From Candidatus Omnitrophota bacterium (GTDB lineage: Bacteria > Omnitrophota > Omnitrophia > Omnitrophales > Aquincolibacteriaceae): 64,000 nt of DNA. The translations under genes and the position numbers were made by a program. The notes below the pieces were generated by a model. The model did not search any database. It had not been told where the DNA came from and saw only the letters and a program-made list of their open reading frames with translations. Location of the stretch: contig DAOPYQ010000011.1 of assembly GCA_035352955.1 (NCBI GenBank), forward strand, positions 139-64,138. Direction: 5' to 3'. Shown one piece after another: positions 48,367-57,809 of the stretch (the first letter of the stretch is position 1; every line of letters starts with the position of its first letter).

Positions 48367-48938
48367 TGAAAATATTCGGCATTGGCCTCAATAAGACCGG
48401 AACCAAAACCCTTGCCCGCTGCCTGAGGACTCTGGGATACCGTCACACCAGCGGCTCCGAAGTGCATCTCGAGGAGGTGGTCGCTCACGATTCCTGGACA
48501 AATCTTTTTACCACGATCGACCGGTACGACAGTTTCGACGATATTCCCTACTTCCTGATCTATGAGAAACTCGACCGGCATTTTCCGGGCAGCAAGTTCA
48601 TCCTCACTCTCAGGAAAGATCCGGCGACCTGGCTGACCAGCTTTCAAAAACATTGTGAAAGACACCGGCTAAAAAATGACGGCTCACGGGTTTCCACCGG
48701 GCAAAACCGGTTGCTCGCCTACGGGTACCGATTCCTGGAGGGACATGAGGAAGCATTCCTGGAAATTTACCGAAAACACGAGGAAAACGTAAAGACCTAC
48801 TTCGCGAAAAAGCCCCGCAACCTGTTGACGGTCTGCTGGGAAAATGGGGACGGTTGGGAAAAACTCTGTGCCTTCCTTGAAAAACCTGTTCCCGCCCAGC
48901 CGTTCCCCTGGGAAAATAAGGCCGCCACGCCCCGGTAG
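48367..48938 (+). CDS. Sulfotransferase-family protein (PAPS-dependent, P-loop GLNKTGTKT)
   Basis: Start at MKIFGIG; 5'-PSB-like motif GLNKTGTKTLARCL; about 190 aa. The ORF-track N-terminal 97 aa lie in a frame that overlaps the response-regulator gene. Confidence 0.6.
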
Positions 48939-49201
48939 CCTGCTCCTTTTTACTTCGCCGTATCCGTCACGTCGAGGAACGGTTCACCGGGATCCTTAGG
49001 CCTCTGCCCGAAAGTCCGATCGATGAACTCGAACGCGCTAAAAAAAATAAAGCGCCGCCGGGTTTAATTCAAAAGGGGAAAACACCGGGTTCAAATTCCG
49101 CCCGATGAGCCGATACCTTTACTGTCTTGCTCTCTCCGGAGCGCACGGAGGAAGATCCGTCTGGAAGCGGGTCTTGTCATACACACGCGGGAAAAGGATC
49201 T

Positions 49202-50548
49202 ATGAAATCTTTGGCCAGCTGGATGTCCCTGCTTTTCATCGTTCTTGTCGTTATCTTGGACGCCGTCCGCCTGAAAAAAGAGCAGCCCGCGATCTACCGG
49301 ACAAGGATGAATGCCGCCCCCGGGATCTGGGGGCTCCTCACGGCCCTCTTTTCGGTCATTGCTCTTCCCATCTATCTTGTCTCAAGAAATCAATATTTTG
49401 CCGACTATCGCTCCCTGCCCCCCGAAGAGCAACCGTCCCGGGGGATCAACAGCTTTCTAAAAACCTGCCTCGCGGCAAAGATCATTCTCACCTGGTCCCT
49501 CTTCGTCGAGATCGCCTCTTTGGTCATCATGCTCCTCACCCGCTACGCCGGGATTTCCGGAGACCTGTTGCCCCCCAAACTGGACATACAGATGCTGAGC
49601 ACCGTTCTTTTTCTTTGCGTGTTTTTTATTCTCGCCCGGCACGCCGCGAAAGAATATCCGTCTTTGGGCTTTAAGGCGATCTTTGATCTGCGATTCGACA
49701 AAACCAATAAGATGAAATCTCTCGCGCTCCCGCTGCTGGCCGGTTTTCTGATGGCGTTGGTGTTCTTTTGTCTTATCAAACTTCGGAAAGTATCGCCGCC
49801 GACGCCCTTGGGAACGGCCCTCGCTGAAAGCGCTTCCTGGGTAAAGCTCTGCTTTCTCGCCTTCGCCACACTCCTGGCGCCCCTGTTCGAAGAGCTGATC
49901 TATCGCGGATTATTTTTCCGCGTGCTCTTGAAAAACAAGGGCAAAGTACTGGCGATCCTGGGGCCGTCGCTCTGTTTCTGGGCGCTGCATGCCGACCGCG
50001 CAGGCGACAATCTCGCGCTCGGCGCCCTGCTCCTTTTCAGCTGTTGCATGACCTGGATGCGCTTTTGGACAAGGTCGACCCTGACACCGGTCCTCATGCA
50101 TTACACGTACAACATAAGCCTTGCCGCAATGGCGGTCCTGTTCCTGCTCATCACGAACATTTCGCTTCTTCGGGTCCAGTACCTGGACTTTTATCCGAAA
50201 GAACGCCGCGAGCCCATCCTTCTTGAAGCCCTTGAGAAGAACCCCAAGCTCCCCGGTCCCTACAACGATCTGGCTTGGTTCTACGCGACAGAGAACCGGG
50301 ATCTTGATAAAGCGCTTTCACTTGTCGAGAAAGCCCTCGAGATCGAGCCTGAAAGCCCGGACATCTGGGACACGAAAGCGACCGTCCTTTCCAAACTGGG
50401 CAGAGCAAACGAGGCAATGGCCCTCGAAAAAGTGCTGGTCGATCGCTACCCCAATGTTCCCTTTTTCAAACAGCAGTTGGAAACCTTCCGTCAAAAGAAA
50501 TCCGCCGCTCTCCCGCAAAAGCCCCTGGAAAAACCCGCGAAACCCTGA
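49202..50548 (+). CDS. CPBP (CAAX/Abi) family intramembrane metalloprotease with a C-terminal TPR-like soluble domain
   Basis: Start at MKSLASWMSLLFIVL; multiple TM segments; EELIYRG plus conserved downstream His motifs; soluble helical C-terminal repeats. Confidence 0.7.
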   Translation: MKSLASWMSLLFIVLVVILDAVRLKKEQPAIYRTRMNAAPGIWGLLTALFSVIALPIYLVSRNQYFADYRSLPPEEQPSRGINSFLKTCLAAKIILTWSLFVEIASLVIMLLTRYAGISGDLLPPKLDIQMLSTVLFLCVFFILARHAAKEYPSLGFKAIFDLRFDKTNKMKSLALPLLAGFLMALVFFCLIKLRKVSPPTPLGTALAESASWVKLCFLAFATLLAPLFEELIYRGLFFRVLLKNKGKVLAILGPSLCFWALHADRAGDNLALGALLLFSCCMTWMRFWTRSTLTPVLMHYTYNISLAAMAVLFLLITNISLLRVQYLDFYPKERREPILLEALEKNPKLPGPYNDLAWFYATENRDLDKALSLVEKALEIEPESPDIWDTKATVLSKLGRANEAMALEKVLVDRYPNVPFFKQQLETFRQKKSAALPQKPLEKPAKP

Positions 50549-50786
50549 GGGTACAAAAACAAGACGGTGTGCTGTGGGACCCTCCAGGCCCCCCAAAGGA
50601 AAACGGTTGGCTTCATTTGCGAAGACTGTATATAATTACGGCCGCCAAGACAGGCGGTGGTTTAAGCCCGGGGCCTGAATTCCGGCACAACAACCGGAAA
50701 GGTTTCCCGATAGAAAATGCTCTCTGATCTCATTGCATCGAAAGTTGCCGAGTCCTCCAGATCCCTGGAAGAATGATCTATAGACA

Positions 50787-51989
50787 ATGAAATCTAGCCT
50801 AATGCAGCGGATCGACAGGACCGTGGGTCCCTCCCTGGGAAACCTCCTCCTGTGGCTTCGCCCCCTTTTTCACCGGAAGAAAAGCTCCGAGACCCCGAAC
50901 TCCCCCGTAAAAAAAATACTGGTCCTGAAATTCCTCGGCCTCGGGACATTGCTTCTCGGATCGCCCACCTTGCGGCGACTGAAAGAGATCTACCCCGGCT
51001 CGGAGCTGGTCCTGCTCACGATCACGCAAAATCAGGCGATGGCAGAAATGCTGCCGTCCATCGACCGGGTGGTGGTCATAAGCCTCCGCAATCTCGGGGT
51101 CCTGCTGACAAGCCTGTGGGCCGTTCTCCCGAAACTCGCGAGGGAAAAATTTGACGTCATCATCGATCTGGAATTTTTTGCCAACTTCTCCGCGCTGATC
51201 GCCGCCTACCTGACCTTGTTCCATCCCGCCGCCATCACGGCAGGCTACGATTTCCCCGGCCACTGGAGAAACGATGTCTTCAAAAAACGCCTCCGCTTCC
51301 ATCACCAAAAGCACATCTCCGAGATCATGCTCGATTTCCCGAGACTTTTGGTTCCCGGCAACACGACAACAACCCCGGCTTCTTTTGAGGCCGAGCGGCT
51401 TGTGTTCATCAAAGAAGCACAAACGGCCCCGGCAAAGATCCCGGGGATCGACCTCCGGGCCCCTGGTTTTGTCATTACGTTGAATATTAACAGCGGCGAC
51501 CTCTGCATGAACCGCAAATGGCCGAAAGAATATTTCCGCACCGTCGTCACGGAACTCCAGAAAAAAGAGAACCTCCGCTTCTATCTGACCGGAGGAAGTC
51601 AGGACATCCCTTATGTCGAGGCGTTCCTGGACAGTCTGCCCCGCAAGGACCGCATCGTGAACCTCTGCGGAAAGACTTCCTTCCATCAGCTCCTAGGGCT
51701 TCTCTGGAGATCCGATCTTTTCATCACGAACGACAGCGGACCGATCCACGTCGCTGCGGTCATGAACATTCCCTCGATCGCTTTCTTCGGACCCGAGACG
51801 CCCTTGCTTTACGGCCCTGTCGGCAACCGTAGCCATGTCTTCTACCGCGAACTTCCCTGCAGCCCGTGCTTGACGATTCACAACTCAAAATATTCCTTGT
51901 GCCGCGACAACCAGTGCTTGAAAATGATCTCCTCGGCCGAGGTACTGGAAGTCATCCATGCTGAAATTAATTCTTCGCAGAGAGTCTAA
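50787..51989 (+). CDS. Glycosyltransferase family 9 (ADP-heptose:LPS heptosyltransferase-like)
   Basis: GT9 architecture (KKILVLKFLGLGTLLLGSPTLRRLKE...; C-terminal ...NDSGPIHVAAVMNIPSIAFFGP). Confidence 0.8.
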   Translation: MKSSLMQRIDRTVGPSLGNLLLWLRPLFHRKKSSETPNSPVKKILVLKFLGLGTLLLGSPTLRRLKEIYPGSELVLLTITQNQAMAEMLPSIDRVVVISLRNLGVLLTSLWAVLPKLAREKFDVIIDLEFFANFSALIAAYLTLFHPAAITAGYDFPGHWRNDVFKKRLRFHHQKHISEIMLDFPRLLVPGNTTTTPASFEAERLVFIKEAQTAPAKIPGIDLRAPGFVITLNINSGDLCMNRKWPKEYFRTVVTELQKKENLRFYLTGGSQDIPYVEAFLDSLPRKDRIVNLCGKTSFHQLLGLLWRSDLFITNDSGPIHVAAVMNIPSIAFFGPETPLLYGPVGNRSHVFYRELPCSPCLTIHNSKYSLCRDNQCLKMISSAEVLEVIHAEINSSQRV

Positions 51990-53085
51990 ACTCAAGCTTG
52001 CGCTGAGCATGCTCCGCTGGCACGCGGCCTATTATTTGTCCGGCCGCGGGTTCCCGGTCAGCGCGGGAGTTTATATCACGGACGCGTGCAACAGCCGCTG
52101 CCTGATGTGCGACATCTGGAAAAACCGGGAAAAACATGTCTATCCCCGCGAGGCCCAGGAACGTGCCATCGATGATCTTGCAAAGCTGGGGTGTTACTAC
52201 TATTCCCTAAGCGGAGGCGAGCCGACGCTGGTGGAAGACCTCCCCGCCCGCCTGGCCTACGCCGCAAAGAAGATCCCTTATGTTCATCTGGTCACGAACG
52301 GTTTTTCGATGAATACTTCCCTGGCGCAGGCGCTGGGAGCCTCGGGAGTCAAAGAGATCAGTATCTCCATCGACGGCACGGAGGATTTCCACAATACCCT
52401 CCGGGGAATCCCCCAGGCCTTCCAGAAAGCGTGGAACGCCCTGGAATTGCTGCGCGCCCACGCCCCCAGAGTCCTCCTGGTGGTCAATTCGCTCGTGACT
52501 CCGTACAACCTTGACTCCTTGAGAGCCTTGTCGAAACGGCTGGAGATTTTCAAGGAGAACGTTTATCAAAAACTGCTGCCGTATTCCGCCCACGACTTGT
52601 TCGGCAAAAAAGACCCCGCATGTTTTTCCGTTTTTGGCGAAGGGGCCGCCCTTCCGGAGATCGAACGGTTTCTGGACGAGGCCGCGAAAAATCCCAAGAT
52701 CGTGAATTCCCGGGTTTTTCTGAACAAGGCAAAGTCTTACTTCGGGGGCGAACGGAACATCCTCCCCGAGCAGAAGTATTGTTTGTATCCGTGCCACTCG
52801 ATCGAGTTCGATTGCCACGGTTCGGCGTATCCCTGTTTCACGGGCATGAATTTCAAATGCGGGATCCCCGCGGGGACGGATCTCGTCAAGACGTTGCGCT
52901 CGCCCGCCTACCAAGCCTCCCAGAAAAAGTTGCGGGACTGCACCCGCTGCCACGGCCAAATGCCCCTTTGTTATTATGAACCCCGGCTTAATTTCCCGGT
53001 CACTCACCTGCTACGATCTGCCATGACCGCCCGGAAACGAACTCCCCGGTCCGCCGCGGCAGACAAAGCTCCGGAAAGGCCTTGA
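51958..53085 (+). CDS. Radical SAM protein with a Cys-rich (SPASM-like) C-terminal region
   Basis: CX3CX2C (CNSRCLMC); later a cysteine cluster (CLYPCHSIEFDCHGSAYPC...C...CTRCHG). Overlaps the GT9 stop and the downstream start. Confidence 0.75.
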   Translation: MLKLILRRESKLKLALSMLRWHAAYYLSGRGFPVSAGVYITDACNSRCLMCDIWKNREKHVYPREAQERAIDDLAKLGCYYYSLSGGEPTLVEDLPARLAYAAKKIPYVHLVTNGFSMNTSLAQALGASGVKEISISIDGTEDFHNTLRGIPQAFQKAWNALELLRAHAPRVLLVVNSLVTPYNLDSLRALSKRLEIFKENVYQKLLPYSAHDLFGKKDPACFSVFGEGAALPEIERFLDEAAKNPKIVNSRVFLNKAKSYFGGERNILPEQKYCLYPCHSIEFDCHGSAYPCFTGMNFKCGIPAGTDLVKTLRSPAYQASQKKLRDCTRCHGQMPLCYYEPRLNFPVTHLLRSAMTARKRTPRSAAADKAPERP

Positions 53086-55397
53086 TGAAGGTTTTTCTAG
53101 CGTGGTTATCGCGGATCTACAACGAGAAGATCGAGAGCCTGTGCACGCGCATCCTGTATTTTTTCAATACGACGGACACCTACTTCCTGGTGGCCGGCCT
53201 TTTTTCTTTTTTTGCGGTGTTCGGCCTCAGGTTCCCGCTCCCGGCGTGCGCCGCGGCGATCGTCTTCGCCGTCGTGACAGCCAGGATCGCCGATTTCTTC
53301 CCTTATTTCATCCTGCTCGCGGTGCCTGTCATGATCGGTTCAATCTTCTTTTTCGGGATCCCTCTCGCGCTCCTGTCGAAGGTCCTCCTGGTGAACGCCG
53401 CCTGTTTCTTTGTCGTACAATTCTTTTTTATGGGGATCCCCGATGCGATCGTCTCCCGGGACCCCCGCGTTCCCTTCCTCAAAGCGTTCCACTCGATGCT
53501 GACGATCGCCCCAACCACCGTCTCTTTTACGATCAGTCTTTTTTTCTCCTTTTATGTTTCCTTCTGCCTGACGCTTGTTGCCGCGGTGCCGTGGGACGGC
53601 AAGATCCCATCGCTGGCACTGGCCGGCGCGCTTCTTTTCGCAGCGGCCGTAATCACGCGCGTTTTTCTTCCCAGGAACCTTTTCAGCGCGGGCCCAAGGC
53701 CGGGTATCCCTGAACGGCCGATCTTCGAACGCGTTGTTATTTTAAATATCGACGGCGCGCGCAAAGATATTTTCGACTCGCTAGACCTGCCGGCGATCGC
53801 GGAGCTCAAGAAAAAAGGCGCAAGCCACGTCTTCGGGCTTGAGACCGTGTACCGGGCCCTGACCAATCCCGCCTTCGCGAGCATCCTGACCGGAACGATC
53901 CCGAAGATCCACGGGATCCGGAGCAACAATTTCGGCCAGGCCATCCGGACAGAAGGACTCCCCGATGTGGTCCCGGCGATCGCCTACGGCTCGATGCACG
54001 TGAAGCATTTCTGCAAGAAATCGTGGACAACACGCGTCGTATCCCTACCGCGCCATTCGGTCTATCAAAGCGACGACATCATGGTGCAATGGATCAAGGA
54101 CGATATGCTCAAAAAACCCGGGACACGCCTTTTTATCGCCGATTTCAGCGAAGCGGATTTTCTCGCGCACGCCTACGGCAGCACCTCGGGAGCCTACAAA
54201 AACGCCTTGCGGCGGATCGACAAAAGGATCGGGGATTTTATGGTCTGGCTCCGAGAGACGGGGCTGGAGGAGTCCACGGGCGTCATCATCTGCTCGGATC
54301 ACGGCATTTCCGCGATCGACCATAGTTATCTGCTCGCAAAGTCTGAAAAATATGTACCGTTCATCATGGCCGGCAAGGGGATCAAACAGGGGTTTAAAAT
54401 AGAACACCCGGGAAAGATCATGGATATTTGCTGCGTGACAAGCTTTCTCCTGGGGGTGCCTTATCCGCGTGACGCCCGCGGCCAGGTCTTCACCGAAATT
54501 TTCGAGGATTCCTGCCGGATCCCGCAGAGAGAAACGTTCGTCGACCGCTTTAACCGGCTCAAATATGACGCGGAAGCAGCCACCTACTCCGGCGAACACA
54601 CAGAGATCAAGGAGGGCGATAAGGCGTGGTGGGATGCCTGCCTTTCCCGATTCATTCCCGCAAAACAAGACGGGCTGAGCGTCCTGGACATCGGTTGCGG
54701 GGACGGCTTTGTCGGAGAAAGGTTCGTCAAAGCCGGGATCAGGATCAAACGTTTCGTCTGTTTTGATGTTTCGCGGAAGATGCTGGAACAGGCGGAAAAG
54801 AAGCTCGGCGGTCATCCGGGCTTTGTCTTTACCGACCATGAAGAGGTGTTCCGGGAAACTTTCGATGTCATCACGGTAAGCTCCGTATTCCATCACCTGT
54901 TTGACCCGGGCAGGCTCGCGACCAAGATCGGCCGCTCTCTCAAAGAGGGCGGGATCGTGATCGGCTCCCACGAACCCAATCAAAAAGCGTTCTCGAACGG
55001 ACTGTTCCGGGCGGGAGCAGTTTTGTACAAGCGCCTCGGCGGCGGCGTTGCTCTGGACCAGAACGTGATCGAGGAATTCAATCGCCTGGCCGCGGAACGT
55101 TATCCCGGCGCGGCAAAGGTCTGCCGGGAGGAGATCCTGCAAACGGTAGAGTACCATTCCCCGCTGGAGCAATATGACATTGCCGTCGACGCCTCCAAGG
55201 GCTTTGTCCCGCGGGAGTTCTTCCGGGACCATTTCCCCGGCTTCGAATTACTTGAGCTCGAGACCTACACAACATTCTTCCAACGCCCCTGGCTTGTAAA
55301 ACACAAAAGTGTGCAATGGCTCCTCAGGACCTTGTTCAATATTTGCTTCCGGGAAGGCAACCTTTTCAGATTTGTCCTAAGAAAAACAAAACCATGA
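53082..55397 (+). CDS. Tri-domain fusion: N-terminal polytopic membrane domain, alkaline-phosphatase-superfamily (type I phosphodiesterase/phosphotransferase) domain, and C-terminal class I SAM methyltransferase
   Basis: About 6 TM (aa 1-210). Metalloenzyme motifs VVILNIDGARKD and VIICSDHGIS (aa about 220-480). Methyltransferase motif I VLDIGCGDGFVGE (aa about 520-700). ATGA overlap with the upstream radical-SAM gene. Confidence 0.75.
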   Translation: MMKVFLAWLSRIYNEKIESLCTRILYFFNTTDTYFLVAGLFSFFAVFGLRFPLPACAAAIVFAVVTARIADFFPYFILLAVPVMIGSIFFFGIPLALLSKVLLVNAACFFVVQFFFMGIPDAIVSRDPRVPFLKAFHSMLTIAPTTVSFTISLFFSFYVSFCLTLVAAVPWDGKIPSLALAGALLFAAAVITRVFLPRNLFSAGPRPGIPERPIFERVVILNIDGARKDIFDSLDLPAIAELKKKGASHVFGLETVYRALTNPAFASILTGTIPKIHGIRSNNFGQAIRTEGLPDVVPAIAYGSMHVKHFCKKSWTTRVVSLPRHSVYQSDDIMVQWIKDDMLKKPGTRLFIADFSEADFLAHAYGSTSGAYKNALRRIDKRIGDFMVWLRETGLEESTGVIICSDHGISAIDHSYLLAKSEKYVPFIMAGKGIKQGFKIEHPGKIMDICCVTSFLLGVPYPRDARGQVFTEIFEDSCRIPQRETFVDRFNRLKYDAEAATYSGEHTEIKEGDKAWWDACLSRFIPAKQDGLSVLDIGCGDGFVGERFVKAGIRIKRFVCFDVSRKMLEQAEKKLGGHPGFVFTDHEEVFRETFDVITVSSVFHHLFDPGRLATKIGRSLKEGGIVIGSHEPNQKAFSNGLFRAGAVLYKRLGGGVALDQNVIEEFNRLAAERYPGAAKVCREEILQTVEYHSPLEQYDIAVDASKGFVPREFFRDHFPGFELLELETYTTFFQRPWLVKHKSVQWLLRTLFNICFREGNLFRFVLRKTKP

Positions 55398-55506
55398 AGA
55401 TCCTCAATGAGAAACCGGATATTTCAGGCGATGTCGGTCTTCGCCGGCCGCTACCATTTCCTGAAGATCGCAAAGAAACCTTTTTTAAAAAACGGATTTT
55501 GAACCG

Positions 55507-57300
55507 ATGTTCCTGAACGCCGTAAAAAACGGGGTCTTTTTCAGGACCCTGCTGATCCTGTACTTCGCCTATCTCCTGCTAAGCCGCGTGGCTTATCTGA
55601 ATGCCGATCTACCGCTCTGGGAATTCAATATTGAGGAAAAGGCGACCGCCTACAACGCGCGGAACATGGTCCTCTTCGGCGATGCAAGCTCCGGCGGCAG
55701 GGATTACGAGCCCAGGGTCTCCTCCCCGTTGCCCTACCTTCTTTCCTGCCTGTCGTTCCTTCTGATGGGGGTGAGCCTCGTTTCCCTAAGGCTCCCTTAC
55801 GCCCTACTGTCCGTCGCGGCGATCTTTCTCTTTTACAAGGTCCTCAGAAAAGAAACCAACCCATGGTTCGCGCTCCTCGGCACCGTCTTGCTGGGATCGT
55901 CGCAATTCGTGGTGGCGCTGAACCGGTCCGCAGTGGCGGAAAATCTTTTTATCTTGCTCATGGCGGCGGCGTTTTATTTCTTCAGGAATTTCGTTGAAAA
56001 TAAAAAAACCATTTTCGCCTTCCTCTTCGGACTTTTTGCGGCGCTCAACCTATCGGTCAAGTACAGCGGGATACATTTCCTCTTGGTATGCGGCACGGGG
56101 ATCCTCTTGTACGCCCTTGCCGAACGGAAAAACCCTTCCGCGGCCGGACGTCCGGTTCTGCTTTTTACGGCCGGATCCGCGCTCAGCCTGATCCTGCCGG
56201 GGGCGGCGCTGCTCTGGGGCCGCGGGAACGGCGCCCTTAAAACGATCGGATGGTTGTGCAAAGACAACCTTGCTTTCGATCACGAAACCTTTCTCCATAA
56301 TCTTAACTTTGAACTCCCCCTTTTCTTCTTGCGGCTTTTTCCGTTCGTCTTACTGATCGCGCTCACGGGGCTCTTTCTGATCGTTCTCTTTCGTCTGCGC
56401 CCGCTGAGCAAGACGGATGCCTTTGCCCTGCTCTGGCTAACGCTGGGGATCGTCTCCTCGCTCTTCGGTTTTCTTTATTACAAAAGGCTCATTTTCCTGA
56501 TCCTCCCCGTCGTCTACCTGGCCGTGAAAACCGCGTACGGGATGTGGCGTTATTTGAAGGAACCGGACCCACCGCAAGAAGGAAAGATCGGCGGCTGGCG
56601 CGGCGAGACGATACGGACCGCCGGGCTCACCGCCCTTTGGTGGGGTTTTTCCCTGTTGATCGCCCCGTCCGTTCTTTTCGTTCTTACTTTCTATTTCGGC
56701 GCTCACAACGGAAAGATCCTCCACGCTACGATGCTGGCGGCGTATATGCTTTTACCCGTCACCAACCTCGTCTGTCAGTGGATCGCCTCCCGGAACTTTT
56801 CGCGTTTCACGGCGTCCGATCTGAAACGGTGGCTCGTCGGCGGGGGTTTTTGCTTTTTCATCGCGGCATCGGTGTTTTCGCTGGCCGCAAACGAAATAAA
56901 CGACACGAATATCTTCCTCAACCCGAAGAACCTCGCGTTCCAAAGCTTTGAGAATTCCCGGGATCTCGGAAAGATCCTCGGGCCCAACACGACCGTCATA
57001 GGTTCGGAGATGGCGTTCCGGATCCTGGGTTTCGACAACAAGTGCAAATTCCTTTTCAACCACGACGGGAGCATCGATCCCTTTGCCGCCTACAAAAAGG
57101 ACGTTGCGGACATCCTTTCCGCAAAGGACCCCCGGTACTTCTGCCTGATCCTTGACTACAAGCTCGGGCTTTCCGCCCTAGTGGAGTTCCAGCTAAGCAT
57201 GGAAAAGATCAACCGGCACTACCCACGTTTACGCCTCGTTAAAACCTACCCTTTCATGAACTCATCCCTGTTTTTATTCGATAAATACGGCCGCCCCTGA
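55507..57300 (+). CDS. GT-C fold membrane glycosyltransferase (ArnT/PMT-like, GT83/GT39 family)
   Basis: 597 aa, more than 10 TM segments, N-terminal loop with a D-rich motif (NADLPLWEFNIEE). Confidence 0.7.
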   Translation: MFLNAVKNGVFFRTLLILYFAYLLLSRVAYLNADLPLWEFNIEEKATAYNARNMVLFGDASSGGRDYEPRVSSPLPYLLSCLSFLLMGVSLVSLRLPYALLSVAAIFLFYKVLRKETNPWFALLGTVLLGSSQFVVALNRSAVAENLFILLMAAAFYFFRNFVENKKTIFAFLFGLFAALNLSVKYSGIHFLLVCGTGILLYALAERKNPSAAGRPVLLFTAGSALSLILPGAALLWGRGNGALKTIGWLCKDNLAFDHETFLHNLNFELPLFFLRLFPFVLLIALTGLFLIVLFRLRPLSKTDAFALLWLTLGIVSSLFGFLYYKRLIFLILPVVYLAVKTAYGMWRYLKEPDPPQEGKIGGWRGETIRTAGLTALWWGFSLLIAPSVLFVLTFYFGAHNGKILHATMLAAYMLLPVTNLVCQWIASRNFSRFTASDLKRWLVGGGFCFFIAASVFSLAANEINDTNIFLNPKNLAFQSFENSRDLGKILGPNTTVIGSEMAFRILGFDNKCKFLFNHDGSIDPFAAYKKDVADILSAKDPRYFCLILDYKLGLSALVEFQLSMEKINRHYPRLRLVKTYPFMNSSLFLFDKYGRP

Positions 57301-57353
57301 GCGGTGCCCCGGCGGCCCCGGGAAGTTGTACCCCTGTCCGGTTTTCAGTTATA

Positions 57354-57536
57354 GTGCCGCACGATTCCCAAACGGTCCAACAAGGAGCTTGCCCCATGAG
57401 GAAAATGCCGTTTTTTACCGGCGTTTTATTTTTAATGAGCGCTTGCAGCGGGATCGCCCATGCCGCGACCCTGAAGAAAACGATCGCGGTTTCCGACTTC
57501 GAGAACAAGACCAACGCGGCCGGAGTAAAGTTGTAA
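57354..57536 (+). pseudogene. Truncated lipoprotein gene fragment (N-terminus only)
   Basis: Lipoprotein signal MRKMPFFTGVLFLMSAC, then a TIAVSDFENKT motif typical of periplasmic lipoprotein N-termini. The ORF stops after 60 codons and no in-frame continuation is found downstream. Confidence 0.35.
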
Positions 57537-57809
57537 TATTTTACCGGCGGATGGTCAATTTTATTAGCGTGAGTGCCCCGCGGAATGGCGAGGTCTGCAT
57601 TGCGAGGGATTTCGTCCGTGACTTCATATTTAAGGAGGCGAAGGGAACGGCCCGGCTGGTAATTGTAATGCTCCCCTTTCTCATGAAAGCCTTGCTTTCG
57701 TCGAGGGGATACACTTATCGAACCGTTCCGCCGGAAATTGACGCGGCAATTTATAACATTGAGAGACGATAAGCCTTCTGCAAATCCCGGCTTTCTCGCA
57801 CAAACGGGT

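Noticed and set aside
49040-49110. tRNA-like GGTTCAAAT T-loop sequence upstream of the CPBP gene
   Set aside because: No acceptable T-stem pairing (ccggg versus tccgc) and no D-arm, anticodon arm or acceptor stem could be formed. The segment instead contains a direct repeat CCGGGTT(T/C)AA(T/A)TTC and is treated as ordinary 5' UTR.
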